From NCBI GenBank assembly GCA_965213685.1, contig CBDBZY010000041.1, forward strand, positions 128,001 through 192,000: 64,000 nucleotides of DNA, given 5' to 3'. Positions 40,581 to 53,600 of the stretch are shown piece after piece; position 1 is the first letter of the stretch, and the number at the start of each line of letters is the position of its first letter. The stretch is from a bacterium (GTDB lineage: Bacteria; UBA8248). Position numbers and translations under genes: made by a program. Under the pieces are notes generated by a model, which worked only from the letters and a program-made list of their open reading frames with translations, was not told the DNA's origin and ran no database searches.

Positions 40581-42602
40581 TATGCACAATATGCACGAGC
40601 ACATATGTGTATGTGTATCTGAGAGGGCCAACCTTTGTTCAACTTGGTATCCTCCCTCTCTAAGTCTGACTGTCTGATAGCAGCTGTCGTAGTGGTGTTT
40701 GACCCCATCATTTGTTAGGTGTTGTCTTTTTGAGTACTTTCCACTAACACACACAGAGACGCAATGTATTAATGTAAATGTATCCCCAACGTGATCTAAC
40801 AAGCCTTAATTAAATGTGATTTGTATTAATTCACTCCGGCTACATGCATGTACACTGGAATATTCAATAGCCCTTGCAGTTAGTAAACGAGAAACGCGGA
40901 TTTTAAGACCACCCTCGGCCGTCACGCGCCGCGCCTGCTATTTGTGTCACGTGGCAATTATTATTAGAAAGTAGTTTCCAAATATGGACACGTTTCTGGG
41001 GGATCCTAGTTTTCGTTCACTAAGGAAGGCACACAGATTCTGCTTGTCTAGGTAATACTAGGTAACGATTCGTGCAATCTCGTAGAAGACGAACAAATCG
41101 ACGGTTCAAAAGTTTCGGTCGGTAAATCCAAAGATGAATCTATACAATATTATAAGCTACTTAGGAGGTACCGATAGACAGAGAGAGGCTAGAATAGGCC
41201 TCTAAATTTAGCTTAGAACGCGGCCGGGTGATCACGACTGAGTTTAGAACCGGGTATTCCTTATACACACACTAAGGGCGTGTCTGCGCCATCCCTATAC
41301 ATAGAGAATCTACCGACTCTCTGATATGGTAAAGGGTCCGTTTCCAACACGTTAAGTCGAGGCAACAAAATCGTGGTTACGAGGAGTAAAGGTAACAGGC
41401 ATATGTCGTTCAACTCTTGACTGATCTTCTTGGTAGTATAGTAATGGCAAGCATGACGTATCTGCCAGACTCTGAGGCAGACGCAGGCTTATATGGGAAG
41501 AAGTAGCACGCACCGTTTGTGCATACTATCGTACAGGTGCATAGTGTGCACAGGATGGGAACGTGGATAGCACGCATGCATGGCCTTAAAAGGGTATTGT
41601 GAGTTTAGGGTCATATGCTCCTCTTCACGTGAACCTGCATGCATGCAGCTATCATGTGGTAGGCCAGCACAGTTCATTGTGTAGCCTGCCACGTTATTGC
41701 TGACTACATGAAATCACATGTGTATAGCACACCAGCTAAATAGAGGTAGAAGAAAGGTGAAGCCCATAAACCCATATACATGACATACATGTAAACAAAC
41801 CCAAACCATACCTACAAACACACAGAGCACAAGACACTTGGATGCCCAGCCTTGAGAACTGGGGCGGTGGGTTGAAGATCTTTTATGGCGCCAACTCTCC
41901 CCACACACTCAAGTGCTGTATTGAACTCACATATACAGACACAGACTATGATAGTTATATAACCAAGTGTATTATTTCAAGTACGGAGGCAGAGAGAATT
42001 GAAGTAAATGTGTAGTAGGCACAAGTGTAAGTATTATTGTGGATTGAGAGATGAGGAGATTTTGCAATGAACACTTTACAGCTAACTAGTGACAAAGATA
42101 TGCAATATAAGATTCATTTCATCTCCAAGCCCCTGCACACCACACCATCAATTGAAACTGATTGTGTCTTCATCACAGTGATTCATAGTCATCTGATTGC
42201 ACAGCAACGTATAAGACTGTATGTGTAGCTTCCTGTTTTTCACATTCCATTGACAGAGATCAATCATACATGTAGATTGATTAGACAACATCAAGTGCTT
42301 GCATGGCAATGCTCAGATTTGGCCAATTGATGGACTATATATAATGCAAGGTCAGCTATAAACTGTGCGGCCTTGTTCATAGGTTACAATCCTCGCCCAC
42401 CTCCACACTACAGTCCAGCACATGACAGCTTACATACATTGAGTCATCTGTTCCATGCAGTTACACAGATGTAGTACAAAGGTACTGTAAACTGTCAGCT
42501 AATAAGGCATTAGAATTGTCTTCACTCATTCAAAAGGTATACCACATGACTGGTGAGAGAGCTGATGAGTATACAACAATGGTATTATCACGTGTACTTG
42601 TT

Positions 42603-42685
42603 CACGTTCCAGTCCTGTGCACAGTATGCACCAGAAAGGCAGTGCATGTGCAGTGAGTAGAGCAGCCACAAGCCGGCTATAAAAA
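42603..42685 (+). promoter_or_regulatory. GH7 promoter: conserved 20-bp motif plus TATA box
   Basis: CACGTTCCAGTCCTGTGCAC at 42603 is also found at 44541 and 46751; TATAAAAA at 42678. Confidence 0.55.
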
Positions 42686-42767
42686 TAAGGGATTTCTTAC
42701 AGCCTAAAGTTACACCACTGTGGATCAGAAGCACCCCCTCAGAAGTCAGAAGAAGCAACTAAAGGAT

Positions 42768-43661
42768 ATGCAGCCGTTGGCTCTACTCCTCGTAGCCTCA
42801 ATTGCTGTGGCTTCAACTTGGGCAGCAAACAATGGCCCTATTACCATCACTGTCAATGGACAGAAAGTGACAAAGTATGTGCTCTCTGCTGAAGGGGATA
42901 GAGGTTTCGTCCACCTGAATGGCACTGCCATTATGCTCAAGGGAGGGGGACGTGTCTATCTCGGTGACTCTGACTCGGATACTTTCAGTCCAAATTCATT
43001 TTATGAGATGCCCCTCCTTGGAAAAAGGCTCACGTATGATGCTGACTACAGTGATGTTGGGTGCAACTGCAATGGAGCTCTTTACTTAGTTAGCATGCCA
43101 GCATACAACTCTGCTCAGCAGCCCAACCCAGGTAGTGATGGTGCATACTATTGTGATGCCAATGAAGTTGGTGGTACCTACTGCCCTGAAATGGACGTTG
43201 CAGAAGCCAACAAGTATGCAATGGCATCAACTGCTCACACTTGTAACTACATACCCCCACATTACTACTCTTCCTGTGACCGAGGTGGATGTGGGACAAA
43301 TGTTCTGGATCAGTATCTGAATGAATTTGGTCCGGGAAAGGAACTTGACACTAACCATCCGTATACACTCTCAGTCGCATTCAACACTGAGCCACAAAAG
43401 GAGTGTGGTAGTAGTGTCACACTTTCATCAGTCACCAACACATTCACCCAATTTGGCAAAACTCTGCAATTCAACTCATGCAATGCAGACTACCTGCAGT
43501 GGATGGGGTGTTCACTCCCAGGCATCGTTATGACTATGAGTCTTTGGGGGACCGGTGATGGAGGAATGTCATGGCTGGATGGAAAGTCTGGCTGCCATGG
43601 AGCGTGTGACCTTGGTGCTTCACAAGTGATTTTCTCAAACATCCGACTGGATGACCTGTAA
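42768..43661 (+). CDS. Secreted short glycoside hydrolase family 7 (endoglucanase-like), intronless
   Basis: Signal peptide; LLGKRLTYDADYSDVGCNCNGALYLVSM; YYCDAN; catalytic CPEMDVAEAN (ExDxxE); CDRGGC; VMTMSLW; MSWLD; VIFSNIR. Confidence 0.88.
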   Translation: MQPLALLLVASIAVASTWAANNGPITITVNGQKVTKYVLSAEGDRGFVHLNGTAIMLKGGGRVYLGDSDSDTFSPNSFYEMPLLGKRLTYDADYSDVGCNCNGALYLVSMPAYNSAQQPNPGSDGAYYCDANEVGGTYCPEMDVAEANKYAMASTAHTCNYIPPHYYSSCDRGGCGTNVLDQYLNEFGPGKELDTNHPYTLSVAFNTEPQKECGSSVTLSSVTNTFTQFGKTLQFNSCNADYLQWMGCSLPGIVMTMSLWGTGDGGMSWLDGKSGCHGACDLGASQVIFSNIRLDDL

Positions 43662-44693
43662 TGTGTTAAGCAAGTGACAGTGTGATTCTTTGTTGTCTAA
43701 CTGCACGTACACTGTTGCTTTTTTTTGTGAAATGGATCTAAATGTTACTGAACATTTTTTTGAGCTGTGGATGTAAATTTTAGACATTGATAATGCATGA
43801 CTTGTTATTTTTTTGTGCATTAATTTTGCATGGTCCTTTGCTTGCAAGAGTACATTTCTGTGAATGTTGTTCAGAGGAAATGTTACAGTAGTATGCTTAT
43901 TATATATGCTGTTGACATACATGTGTGTAGTATGCACCACAGTAGAGTCTCCAAAAGAGTATATGCCATTGGTGGCAGGGACAATATCATCCAGAGTGCT
44001 GCTAGGAGTAGGAGAGATAAACTTGCTTCACGGTGAAACTCTGTATTGATGAACGTCAACGGGTGCCAAAATGTAGACGAAGTCATATCATTCACGTACG
44101 GTATGACGCCGAGTTTTACCCTATTTACACACTTCAGGTTGCTTCAGATTCCGTATATAGGATGTGTCGAGGAGCGAGGAGACACACTTGGTTGAACCTG
44201 ACTCTCCGATGGGTAACGCGGGCTCTGGAACCTGAGGTTCAATACGTAGATAGTCCAATAATCTACAAGTTTTAAATCAATGCACCAAGAATTAGACTCT
44301 GTAATATACGGAGCCTGTCACGAATTACGATCGTAAAGCCAGACGCGGGTTAAACGCACAAGCGTATTACTTCCGGGCACGAGACATGTAGACGTTGCCA
44401 ATCACATGTACAGGTTGCACATGCAAATTGCGTGTACGTCGGTGGTTAGCGTACGCGATCAGCTCTAGCCTTGCTCTTGAGGGCTGCCCCATCCACCACA
44501 TGACAACTTATACACATTTAAGTTAGGACGTCGATCTGTTCACGTTCTTATCCTGTGCACGCAACATTGTTCAGTGAGTAACGTGTGCTGCTAGCTGACT
44601 ATAATTATAATCAAGGGATTTCTTACAGCCTGAAGTTGCGGCACTGTGGATCACAAGCATCCACTCAGTAGTCAGAAGAAACAACTAGAGGGT

Positions 44694-45390
44694 ATGCAGC
44701 CGTTGGCACAATACCTCATAGCGTCCATTTGTGTGGCCTCAAGTTGGGCTGCAAACAATAGCCCTATTACCATCACTCTCATTGGACAGAAAGTGACTAA
44801 GTATGAGCTCTCTGCAGACTAGTCCAAAGGTAATGTCCACCTGAACGGTACTACCATTACACTCCAGGAAGGAGGACAAATCTATCTTGGTGACTCTGAT
44901 TTGGATACTTTCAGTCCAAAGTTATTAATATGAGATGCCCCTCCTTAGCAAAAGGCTCACATATGACGCTGACTACAGTACATATACTGCCCTGAAAAGG
45001 ATGTTGCAGAAGCAAACAAGTATGCAATCACATCTATTGCTTACACCTGCAATCATGTGGCCCCACATTACTACACTTCCTGTGACGGTGGTGGATGTGG
45101 GACAAATGTTTTGGATCAGTATCTGAATGAGAGCTTGACACCAACGCATTCAACACTGAGCCACAAAGGGAGTGTGGTAGTAGTGTCACACTTTCATCAG
45201 TCACCAACACATTCAGTCAATTTGGCAAAACTCTGCAATTTAACTCATGCAATGCAGACTTGCAATGCAGACTTTGAGCTACCTGCAGTGGATGGGGTAT
45301 TCTCTCCTGGGCATCGTTATGACTATGAGTCTTTGGGGACCAGTGATGGAGGAATGTCATGGAAGTCTGGCTATACCATGGAGTGACCTA
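44694..45390 (+). pseudogene. GH7 pseudogene
   Basis: Paralog of both flanking genes. TAG at 44820, frameshifts, deletion of the CNCNGALY..CDAN block, and a mutated catalytic motif. Confidence 0.92.
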
Positions 45391-46159
45391 TACCATGGAG
45401 TGTGCTAAACAAGATACTGTGTGATACCTTCCTAATGATCTGTGTGGTCTAATAATTGCATGTACACTGTTGCAAGAAATAGATCTAATTGTTACTGCAC
45501 ATTTTTGAGCTGTGGATATAAGTTGATAGTGCATTCATTGTTGCATGCACAAGGTTTTTGTGATGTTTGTTTTAATGGTGTCCACCTAGCTGAATAGGGT
45601 ATATACATCTGGTGCCATGTATACCTTACCTTATGCTAGAAAATGAGGGGAATGAGCTAGGCCAATGAGAGAATGCGAAGATGCAGAACTGCCTAGCTTG
45701 CTGAATATGTATAGGTAGCCAGAGTTCTGAAAACTTTTCTCAACATAGGACTCCGTTGATCTCTCACTCTGTACTCCACCTCAAGCAAAGATGCATGTAG
45801 CATTGTCACAGTGACAACATTGTGACAGCTTCACATTCGACACCCTGCAGTTGAATTTCATATCCAGACTATACTTCATGTTCTCAATATGCACATGCAA
45901 CCCATTTTAAAACAACTTCAAAGTCTCAGAACTCACAAGCTGTTATCTACATAGGCATCATGACTTGTGACCATGGCATTGTCTCAATGTCTTGATGATG
46001 GCATAAACCTTGGATAGTAGTGTTGTGCCAGGTGCATGGTCAAACCATAGTTAGAACCAGTAGTCTTGTATGTCAGGTTTCAACAGACCACTTGTCATGA
46101 ACTAGTACGTACACTTTCAATGTGAATTCAAGCAGGTACCTGGTCTCATGCTGATGGTA

Positions 46160-46670
46160 CAGGGGCGTAAGAAGATTCTTTGGGATGGGGGGGCTGACCG
46201 TGTGGGCAGTCCAACCTCCCTAGGGGGTCTGGGGGCATGCTTCCCCAGGAAATATGTATGCTCTGAAATCAATCCTGGTGTATTCTGAGACAAAATTAAA
46301 ATGAATCATCTTATACCATTAGAGCAAACTAGACAGCTACAGCTAATAAAACTTCAGCTAAAGTAGCGTCACAGTATCTATTACCTTAAGGTGACTATTA
46401 TTTACAGGTACATTTTTTGGTGATTTTGGGATTATTATCATTTTGCAGGTATTAAATTTTTCCATTTTCACTTGAGAAGACTACAAACTAGTAAAACTTT
46501 TGTTTGTGTGTACAAAATTTTGCATTTTTGTGCCAATCCGCAAAAATTTCAAACATTAGTACCTGCAAAAAATAGTCACCTTAAAGTACTAGTGCAATGA
46601 CTAAGGGGTGTGGCCCTTTCTGAACTGGGGGACTGTAGCCCCTCCAGCCCCCCTGCTTCTTACACCAGTG
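46160..46670. mobile_element. MITE with 5-bp TSD
   Basis: CAGGGGCGTAAGAAG / CTTCTTACACCAGTG termini; TGGTA on both flanks. Confidence 0.8.
46384..46586. mobile_element. TA-TSD MITE nested in 46160-46670
   Basis: TA|CCTTAAGGTGACTATT..CAGGTAC / GTACCTG..AATAGTCACCTTAAAG|TA. Confidence 0.8.
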
Positions 46671-46894
46671 TGGTAAATATGCACCACTACTAGGAATATA
46701 GGTATAGTTTAGCTTTGCTGCTGTAATATGATTCCTTGTACATGTATATACACGTTCCTATCCCATGCACACTACACACAAGCACAAATATGGTGTGCAG
46801 AGTAGAGTAACTACTGCCTGCATGGCCATATAAGCATGAACCACTGTTGATCACATGTGCCCATTCAAACGGTCATACGAGGCTAGTAGAAGAC

Positions 46895-47770
46895 ATGCAG
46901 CTGTTGGCTCTGCTCTTCATAGCCGTGATTTCTGTGACCTCAACTTGGGCACTGAATAATGGAGCTGTCACCATCACTGTCAATGGACAGAAAGTGACTA
47001 AGTATGTGCTCTCTGCAGACTGGTCCAAACGGTATGTCAATGTGAGTGGTGATAACATTTCACTCATTGGAGGCGGGCGTGCTTACCTTGGTGACTCTAG
47101 CTCAGATACTTTCAGTCCGGAATCCTTTTACCAAATGCCTCTCCTGGGCAAAAGGCTAACTTATGATGCTGATTACAGTGACGTTGGGTGCAACTGCAAT
47201 GGAGCTCTATACTTTGTTTCCATGCCGGCATACAACTCTGCCCAGCAGCCCAACCCAGGTGGTTTTGGTTCATACTACTGTGATGCCAATGATGTGGGTG
47301 GTTCCTACTGCCCAGAAATGGACGTTGCAGAAGCCAATAAGTATGCAATGGCATCGACTGCTCACACTTGCAACCTTGTTCCCCCACACTACTATTCTTC
47401 CTGTGATCATGCAGGATGTGGGACAAATGTTCTGGACCAGTACTTGAACGACTTTGGTCCTGGAAAGAAACTTGACACAAACAAACCGTACACCCTCTCT
47501 GTCTCTTTCATTGCTGACAAGTATGGCAACCTTTCAAATGTCACCAACAAATTCACCCAAGAAGGAGTGTCGCTGGAATTCGATTCTTGCAACAGAGATT
47601 ACCTTCAAAGGATGGGCGAAAGTCTTCAGGGGATTGTTATGACTATCAGTCTGTGGGGGACTGGCCCGGGGGGAATGTCCTGGCTGGATGGGAAGTCTGG
47701 CTGCAAGGGAGGGTGTGACATTAACACCTCACAAGTTTCCTTCTCTAACATTCGACTAGATGATTTGTAA
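46895..47770 (+). CDS. Secreted short GH7 (endoglucanase-like), intronless, second intact copy
   Basis: Signal peptide; CNCNGALYFVSM, YYCDAN, CPEMDVAEAN, SLW, MSWLD and FSNIR all intact. Confidence 0.88.
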   Translation: MQLLALLFIAVISVTSTWALNNGAVTITVNGQKVTKYVLSADWSKRYVNVSGDNISLIGGGRAYLGDSSSDTFSPESFYQMPLLGKRLTYDADYSDVGCNCNGALYFVSMPAYNSAQQPNPGGFGSYYCDANDVGGSYCPEMDVAEANKYAMASTAHTCNLVPPHYYSSCDHAGCGTNVLDQYLNDFGPGKKLDTNKPYTLSVSFIADKYGNLSNVTNKFTQEGVSLEFDSCNRDYLQRMGESLQGIVMTISLWGTGPGGMSWLDGKSGCKGGCDINTSQVSFSNIRLDDL

Positions 47771-48692
47771 CACTTGCATTATACCCTCTAAACGATTTGC
47801 ATATACTGCACGATTCAATGATCAGCATAGATTGTATATATTACTTCTGTATTTTACTCTTGCTGTTCACTGAAAATGTAATTATAGAATGAAAACTGTA
47901 AGTTAGTTACAATTTCAGACTAACTTTGAATACTCATATGCACAGTGTGTCATGCAACAATGCCTTATATAATGTGCCTGTGAAGTGCACAAGTGCAAGA
48001 GAGTACTGGAGGTTTGTCGTGGAGGGCAAAAATTGGAGTGATGAAGGTCCATTTGTTTATTAAGTATCTCCAGTGTTGTCTTTCCTTCGGAATGTGCACC
48101 TATACCGATACACTGGATACAGAGGGAGCTAGCTGAATGAGGCCACCCAGAGAATGTGGGAGATAGAAATGACTGCCCACATCACACGTACAAGTACATA
48201 CACACACACTCAGTGAGTGTCACGCACACGCACACGCACACACACACGCACGCGCGCACGCACGCACGCACACACACATGCACGCACGTACGCACACACT
48301 GGCACGCACACAGTGACACCATAGAGGTCGTGTGTAAGACACTGACACCGACGGAAGGTAAGAGTTCCGACGGTTGGCGAAAGACGCGAAAGCAACAGCA
48401 AAGGTTGTCTCATTCACGCATGCGCACACCCTCAGTCTTTCAGGTCGAAGCAATTCTCTGGCCACACATCCGTCTGAGGGATTCGGACCAAACTCTCCAT
48501 CTGCGTCTCTTCTGTGAGTTTGTGAAGGATGGGTGTGGCTAGTCTCACGGAGCCGGACTGTTACGCAGTGCGTAACAGTCTGCGGGCTCCGATGGGGCAT
48601 CTGCTGCCTGCCTGCGCCCGACCCTATTAGACTTAGGTTAACACCCACTTATATGTTACGTCACTTAATAGTGGATTGCGCTCCTGGCGCTG

Positions 48693-49486
48693 CAGGGGGG
48701 GCCGGGGGGGGGGCCGGGGGTAGGACAAGATCACGTGTGAGCGTCATTGCTTATTCAGCAAGTCAAAACGTGTACATTTTGCCATTGAAAGTTGTAGTTC
48801 ATAGCTCTGGAAGGAAGAGGCTGCACGGCTTGGTAGACTATTTACAGTTTGAGTAGACAACAACGGATAGGAATTTGCCCTGCGCCGCCCCCCGCCACAC
48901 TTCGTCTAGGAGCTAGCTGCCTCTAGGTTGTGTCAGTCCAGCATCGATGCTGACTGAGCTAGAAAGCTTTATATAGCAACGGAGACAAACTGTACCGTCT
49001 CATACTGAGTTGAATAGCAGTTCTAAAAGCCATAATTCTAAAGTCAGCGCCAGTGACAGTCACCTTACTCCTACAGAAGGCTTTGTAATAGTGGATATTG
49101 AGGGCGTATACAAACTAAAGGAAACACTGCAGACAATACCCGCTTTGCACCAGGTAAGTTCAAGCTGTAGAGTACTGGACTGTGTAGTTCCTACCACACT
49201 TAGTTTGATTGCTTGGTGAACAGAGGCCAGAACGCTAACGAAATTTTGAGGCAGTATACACACGCTTCGTTTTGCTTCTCGGCCGAATGCCTTGCTGTTT
49301 GTTTCCTACCTGCAGAGTTCTTGTAGGAGTGAACTTTAAAGCAAGACTGCACCTGTCGTTTTGCTCTGGCGAGAACCAGCAACGGTATATTACGTTAGTA
49401 CAGGCCTTATGCAACTGGAATGTGTAGCGTCAATGATTGGTCATGTGACAATTACGCAATACCCGGAGCTTGTCCTACCCCCCCTG
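48693..49486. mobile_element. Non-autonomous DNA transposon with 9-bp TSD (Mutator/Academ-like)
   Basis: CAGGGGGGG..GGGGGTAGGACAAG / CTTGTCCTACCCCCCCTG termini; CTGGCGCTG duplicated at 48684-48692 and 49487-49495. Confidence 0.8.
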
Positions 49487-50680
49487 CTGGCGCTGTACCA
49501 TGTACCGGTGTACATTGTACCATAGATAATACACGCTAACGGGATTGGCAACGTTGCCATTAAACGCGTAATGACGTCACGTATAATCCTCGTTACGGCA
49601 ACGCGCGCGCTATGCGGCCAGAGCTGGAGCGGAATAAGCAAAACCGTAACCGTAGTTCGACCCTAGCTAAGCGACCTGAGAGTGGTACAATACTTCACAA
49701 GGTTAAGCATGCATCTCTCTTTGTATCATATGAAGGTTTTAGCTGAAAGAAGTTATAAAATCATAATTAATACTTTTAGTCTATAGTAGCAGTACTTACT
49801 GTACTTGTGTACTTTTTGTGAGTTCTAGGGAGCATTCTTCATGTCAGTAGTCGTGCATGCAAATAAGAGTTTGTGCACTTAATGTAACTGAAACATACTT
49901 TGGGGTTTATAAGCCCTCAAGACATGTCAATGACTAAAAACTCTGTTTATACAGTTACCATGGTTTCGTACTTTTTAGTGCTAAGTGTACTGAGTTGTGT
50001 CAGAACTTTTAACCATAGATATTTAACCTCACGGAACGGGATTGGAAACGGATCACGTGATGCTATACGTACACGTCTTGGGAAGAGATTCGATCCGCGT
50101 TGGTAGCTGATTAACACCTGCGCTTTTCAGATTGCCGACCGTAAGGAAGAGAAGCAAGCGACTGAATAGCTCTCAGATCCCCGAAACGACTGTTCTCCTG
50201 CCCTGTTTCCCTGTTCGCTCCGTGGAAGGCTTTCTGGCAGGTTGGTTTTATACTAATGTAGTACTGTACGGTGTCTAGGTACTGCTAACACTCTCGCGCT
50301 GTACACTAACCCGCGTTTTTTACGTGTTAGGAGGGAGGGAAGTACTTTTGTCAGCGTTTAGGGGCGAAGTAGAAGAACTGTTTTGGATTTCAGTATTACT
50401 GTGGGGTCCCCCTGAACTTCAAGTTTTGCATGGGCCCAAAAGAAGGCCAAAGAACTCAGCTTCTTGTCTACTATTACACATATTAGCGTTCTCACACCTG
50501 AAGCAAGTGTATTATTTTGTCAGCAGTTGTTGCTTAAACAAAACCCTGGACATACATATAGTTTGTAAAGGCATATTCTGCTGTTGTTCCTGTTTTGCAT
50601 GGTGTCAGTTTGAGTCCAAGGGGCCTTTCCAAACATGATTTACTGATGTTTGAATTCAGGCACTATTCACACCTACAGAC

Positions 50681-53600
50681 ATGTACAGGAGATTTCGCCT
50701 ATCGACTCATCGAAAGAATGAGTTCAGGAAAGCAAAAGCAGCACGCCAGCAAGGAGTTACAGCAGTGACCTTGACTGTAGAGTCAGTTCATGACTCAGTG
50801 TTGGACCTCTCCCAGCCCTTGTGCCCTCCTGCCCCACTGATTGTTAGTGTGCCACTGCAGTCAGTCTCACTCTTCACTGTCTTCATTGACAAGAGTGTGT
50901 ACCTTCATGCACCTGTACGCTCCCTCACAACACTCAGAAGTCGACTTCAAGCCCTCCCTGTTCTCCCAAAAGGTGATTTGACATTGATTTTAGCAATTCT
51001 ATATTTGTGGCCTACTTTAAACAAGTGGTGTACATGTACATGTATGTTACTTACATTATGTAGGATGGATTGACCTAACTGAACAAAGCTGCGAACAAAA
51101 CCTCGTTTTTGCGAAAGTGACTGAGGTTGAGGGCAGCATCGTGGTCATGCACAGCTTCGTCATCTGTGAAGATCTGCACTGGTACACTTGTGTGGAGAGC
51201 AAGAAGTTGTCACCCAGTGACAAGGTTCTTTCAGCAATGCCCCAAATCATCTCCTCAGTTGTCTGTTTGCAGGAAGTTATTAACTTCCTCAATGGCCTCG
51301 TACCTTGTTGCGGTAATGAGGGAGAAACATTTCGACCCCTTATTGCAGCAAGGAAAGGCTCCTTTCTCAGTGCAACAGGTAAATACATGTAATTACATTA
51401 TACTCTTAATATGGTTACATGCATCTATGTCATCTCTAGGTACAGAGAGTGCATTCTATGACAACAAGAGCGATGTCATTCGTTGCACTGGATGTGAGCT
51501 GCTTGTTCTTCCAAGAGAAGGCATTACCAGCCGATGTGAGAAGTGCAGAGAATTTCGCAAGAGCCTCTACAGCATGCGCTCACGAAACAGCAGGAGGCAT
51601 TCTGATGGATCAGACCCCAGGAGTCGTGTGAACTATCGCTTTTTGTCGACGCCGCAGAAAGACAAACGTCTGCAACGCCTACAGCGTCAACATTGCACAG
51701 ATCAAAAGAAGATAGTACGCCTCACAGCAAAGCTGGAAGCTGTAGTCGAGCAGAGAGGAGTATCGGTCCAGGAAGATTTGCATGACAATCTAACTCAGAT
51801 TGTCAAGGAGAATTCCCCAACGATTGCCCAGGAATATCCCCCGAACTCTTTTGCTAGGATATTCTGGGAGAACCAGACACGAGCCATGTCCCTGAAAGAT
51901 TCCCGGTCGATGAGATGGGACCCACTCATGATCCGGTGGTGTCTTTATCTTCGTCACCTCTCCAGCAGTGCATATGAACTGTTGAGAGAAACAGGGGTGG
52001 TGAAATTGCCTTCGCAGAGAACTCTGCGTGACTACACCTACATAGCTAAGGCTACAGCAGGTTTCTCTCATGAAGTGGACACCCAGCTGGCAGAGGCAGC
52101 AAGGATTCACTCCTGCCCAGAGAGGGAGAAGCACATACTACTCATCATGGATGAAATGCATATCCGGGAGGATATTGTGTATGACCGCAACACAGGTACA
52201 TGCATGTGTGTGTACATGTAATGTACATATATTATGTAGTGGTGTATGTGGTATGTTGTACTTACACTTTGTACAGTGGTATTGAGCGTACATACATGTA
52301 CAATGCTGAGGTTGAGTAACCCTGTTTATCAGGGGAGAGACGCCATTTGCCTTGTATAAACTTTAAAGATTCGGCCCACCCAGCTGAGCTGCCTCGGTGG
52401 CTCAGCTGGTACAGCATCTGCCTGATTATACATGTACATGTACATATATGCATATTACATATAAAATGACTATATACATGTACATATACATGTATACATA
52501 TACACAGGTGCTGTACTTGGCTTCACCAACCTTGGTGATATCAATGATCACCTAAAGGAGTATGAACGGCTTCTAAGTGGAGAAGAAGCGAGTATGCCTG
52601 TGGCGAACTCCATGCTTGTGTTCATGGTGCGGGGGTTATTTAGCAAGCTACAATTCCCCTATGCGCAGTTCCCCTGCAGCTCACTAGCAGCTGATGACAT
52701 GTTCGACCCATTCTGGGAAGCAGTGTCTCGGTTAGAGCGTTTGGGTTTCAAAGTGATGGGTCTTTCCTGTGATGGTCTTGCAGCCAACCGCCGGCTATTC
52801 TCCCTACATACCGATGCCTCCTACAAAGTTGTCAACCCATTTACAGACGAGGATCGGTTTCTTTACTTTTTTTCTGATCCTCCACATTTGCTGAAGACTG
52901 TACGGAATGCCTGGGCTAACCCAAAGAGAACATTGTGGGTATGTTCATGCTCATGACATCGTGTGCATGTGTACATGTATACAGCTACATGTACATGTAC
53001 ATGTACATGTGGATGTATGTGACTGCTTAATTTTGTTCTTTTGCAGTGCAATGGGAAAGAAATCTCTTGGTCCCATCTTGTGGAGTTGTATAAGAGGAAT
53101 CGGCCACAGACAGACACACCTGGATTGGCAATGTTGCCAAAATTGAAACTTGAGCATGTGTACCTCTCAAGCTACTCTAAGATGAGGGTCGATTTGGCTG
53201 CACAGGTTTGTGTTTGCACATGTACAGTGCACTTGCATACAGTATGGAATGCTTGTATCTGATCTGACCATGTAGATGTATTGTATGTGCGTACATGTAC
53301 ATGTACACTGACATGTATAGACTTATGGGGAAGGGTACAGGTGTATGATCCAAGTGTGTGTTATACAATTTAGGTTTTGAGCAACTCGGTTGCAAAGGCA
53401 ATGGAGATAACTCTGGGGAATAAAGCTCAAGAAACGGCTAAATTTGTCGAAACATTTGACAAATTTTTTGACTGTCTAAATGTTAGCAGTCTCTCTGCTG
53501 GTAAGCTCTCCAAGAACTCCTTCAAAAGCCCATATGCATATCGTTCTGGAAAGGACTTTCGTTTTCGGGTAAGTGCTACTATAGCATACCTTAAGTAGTG

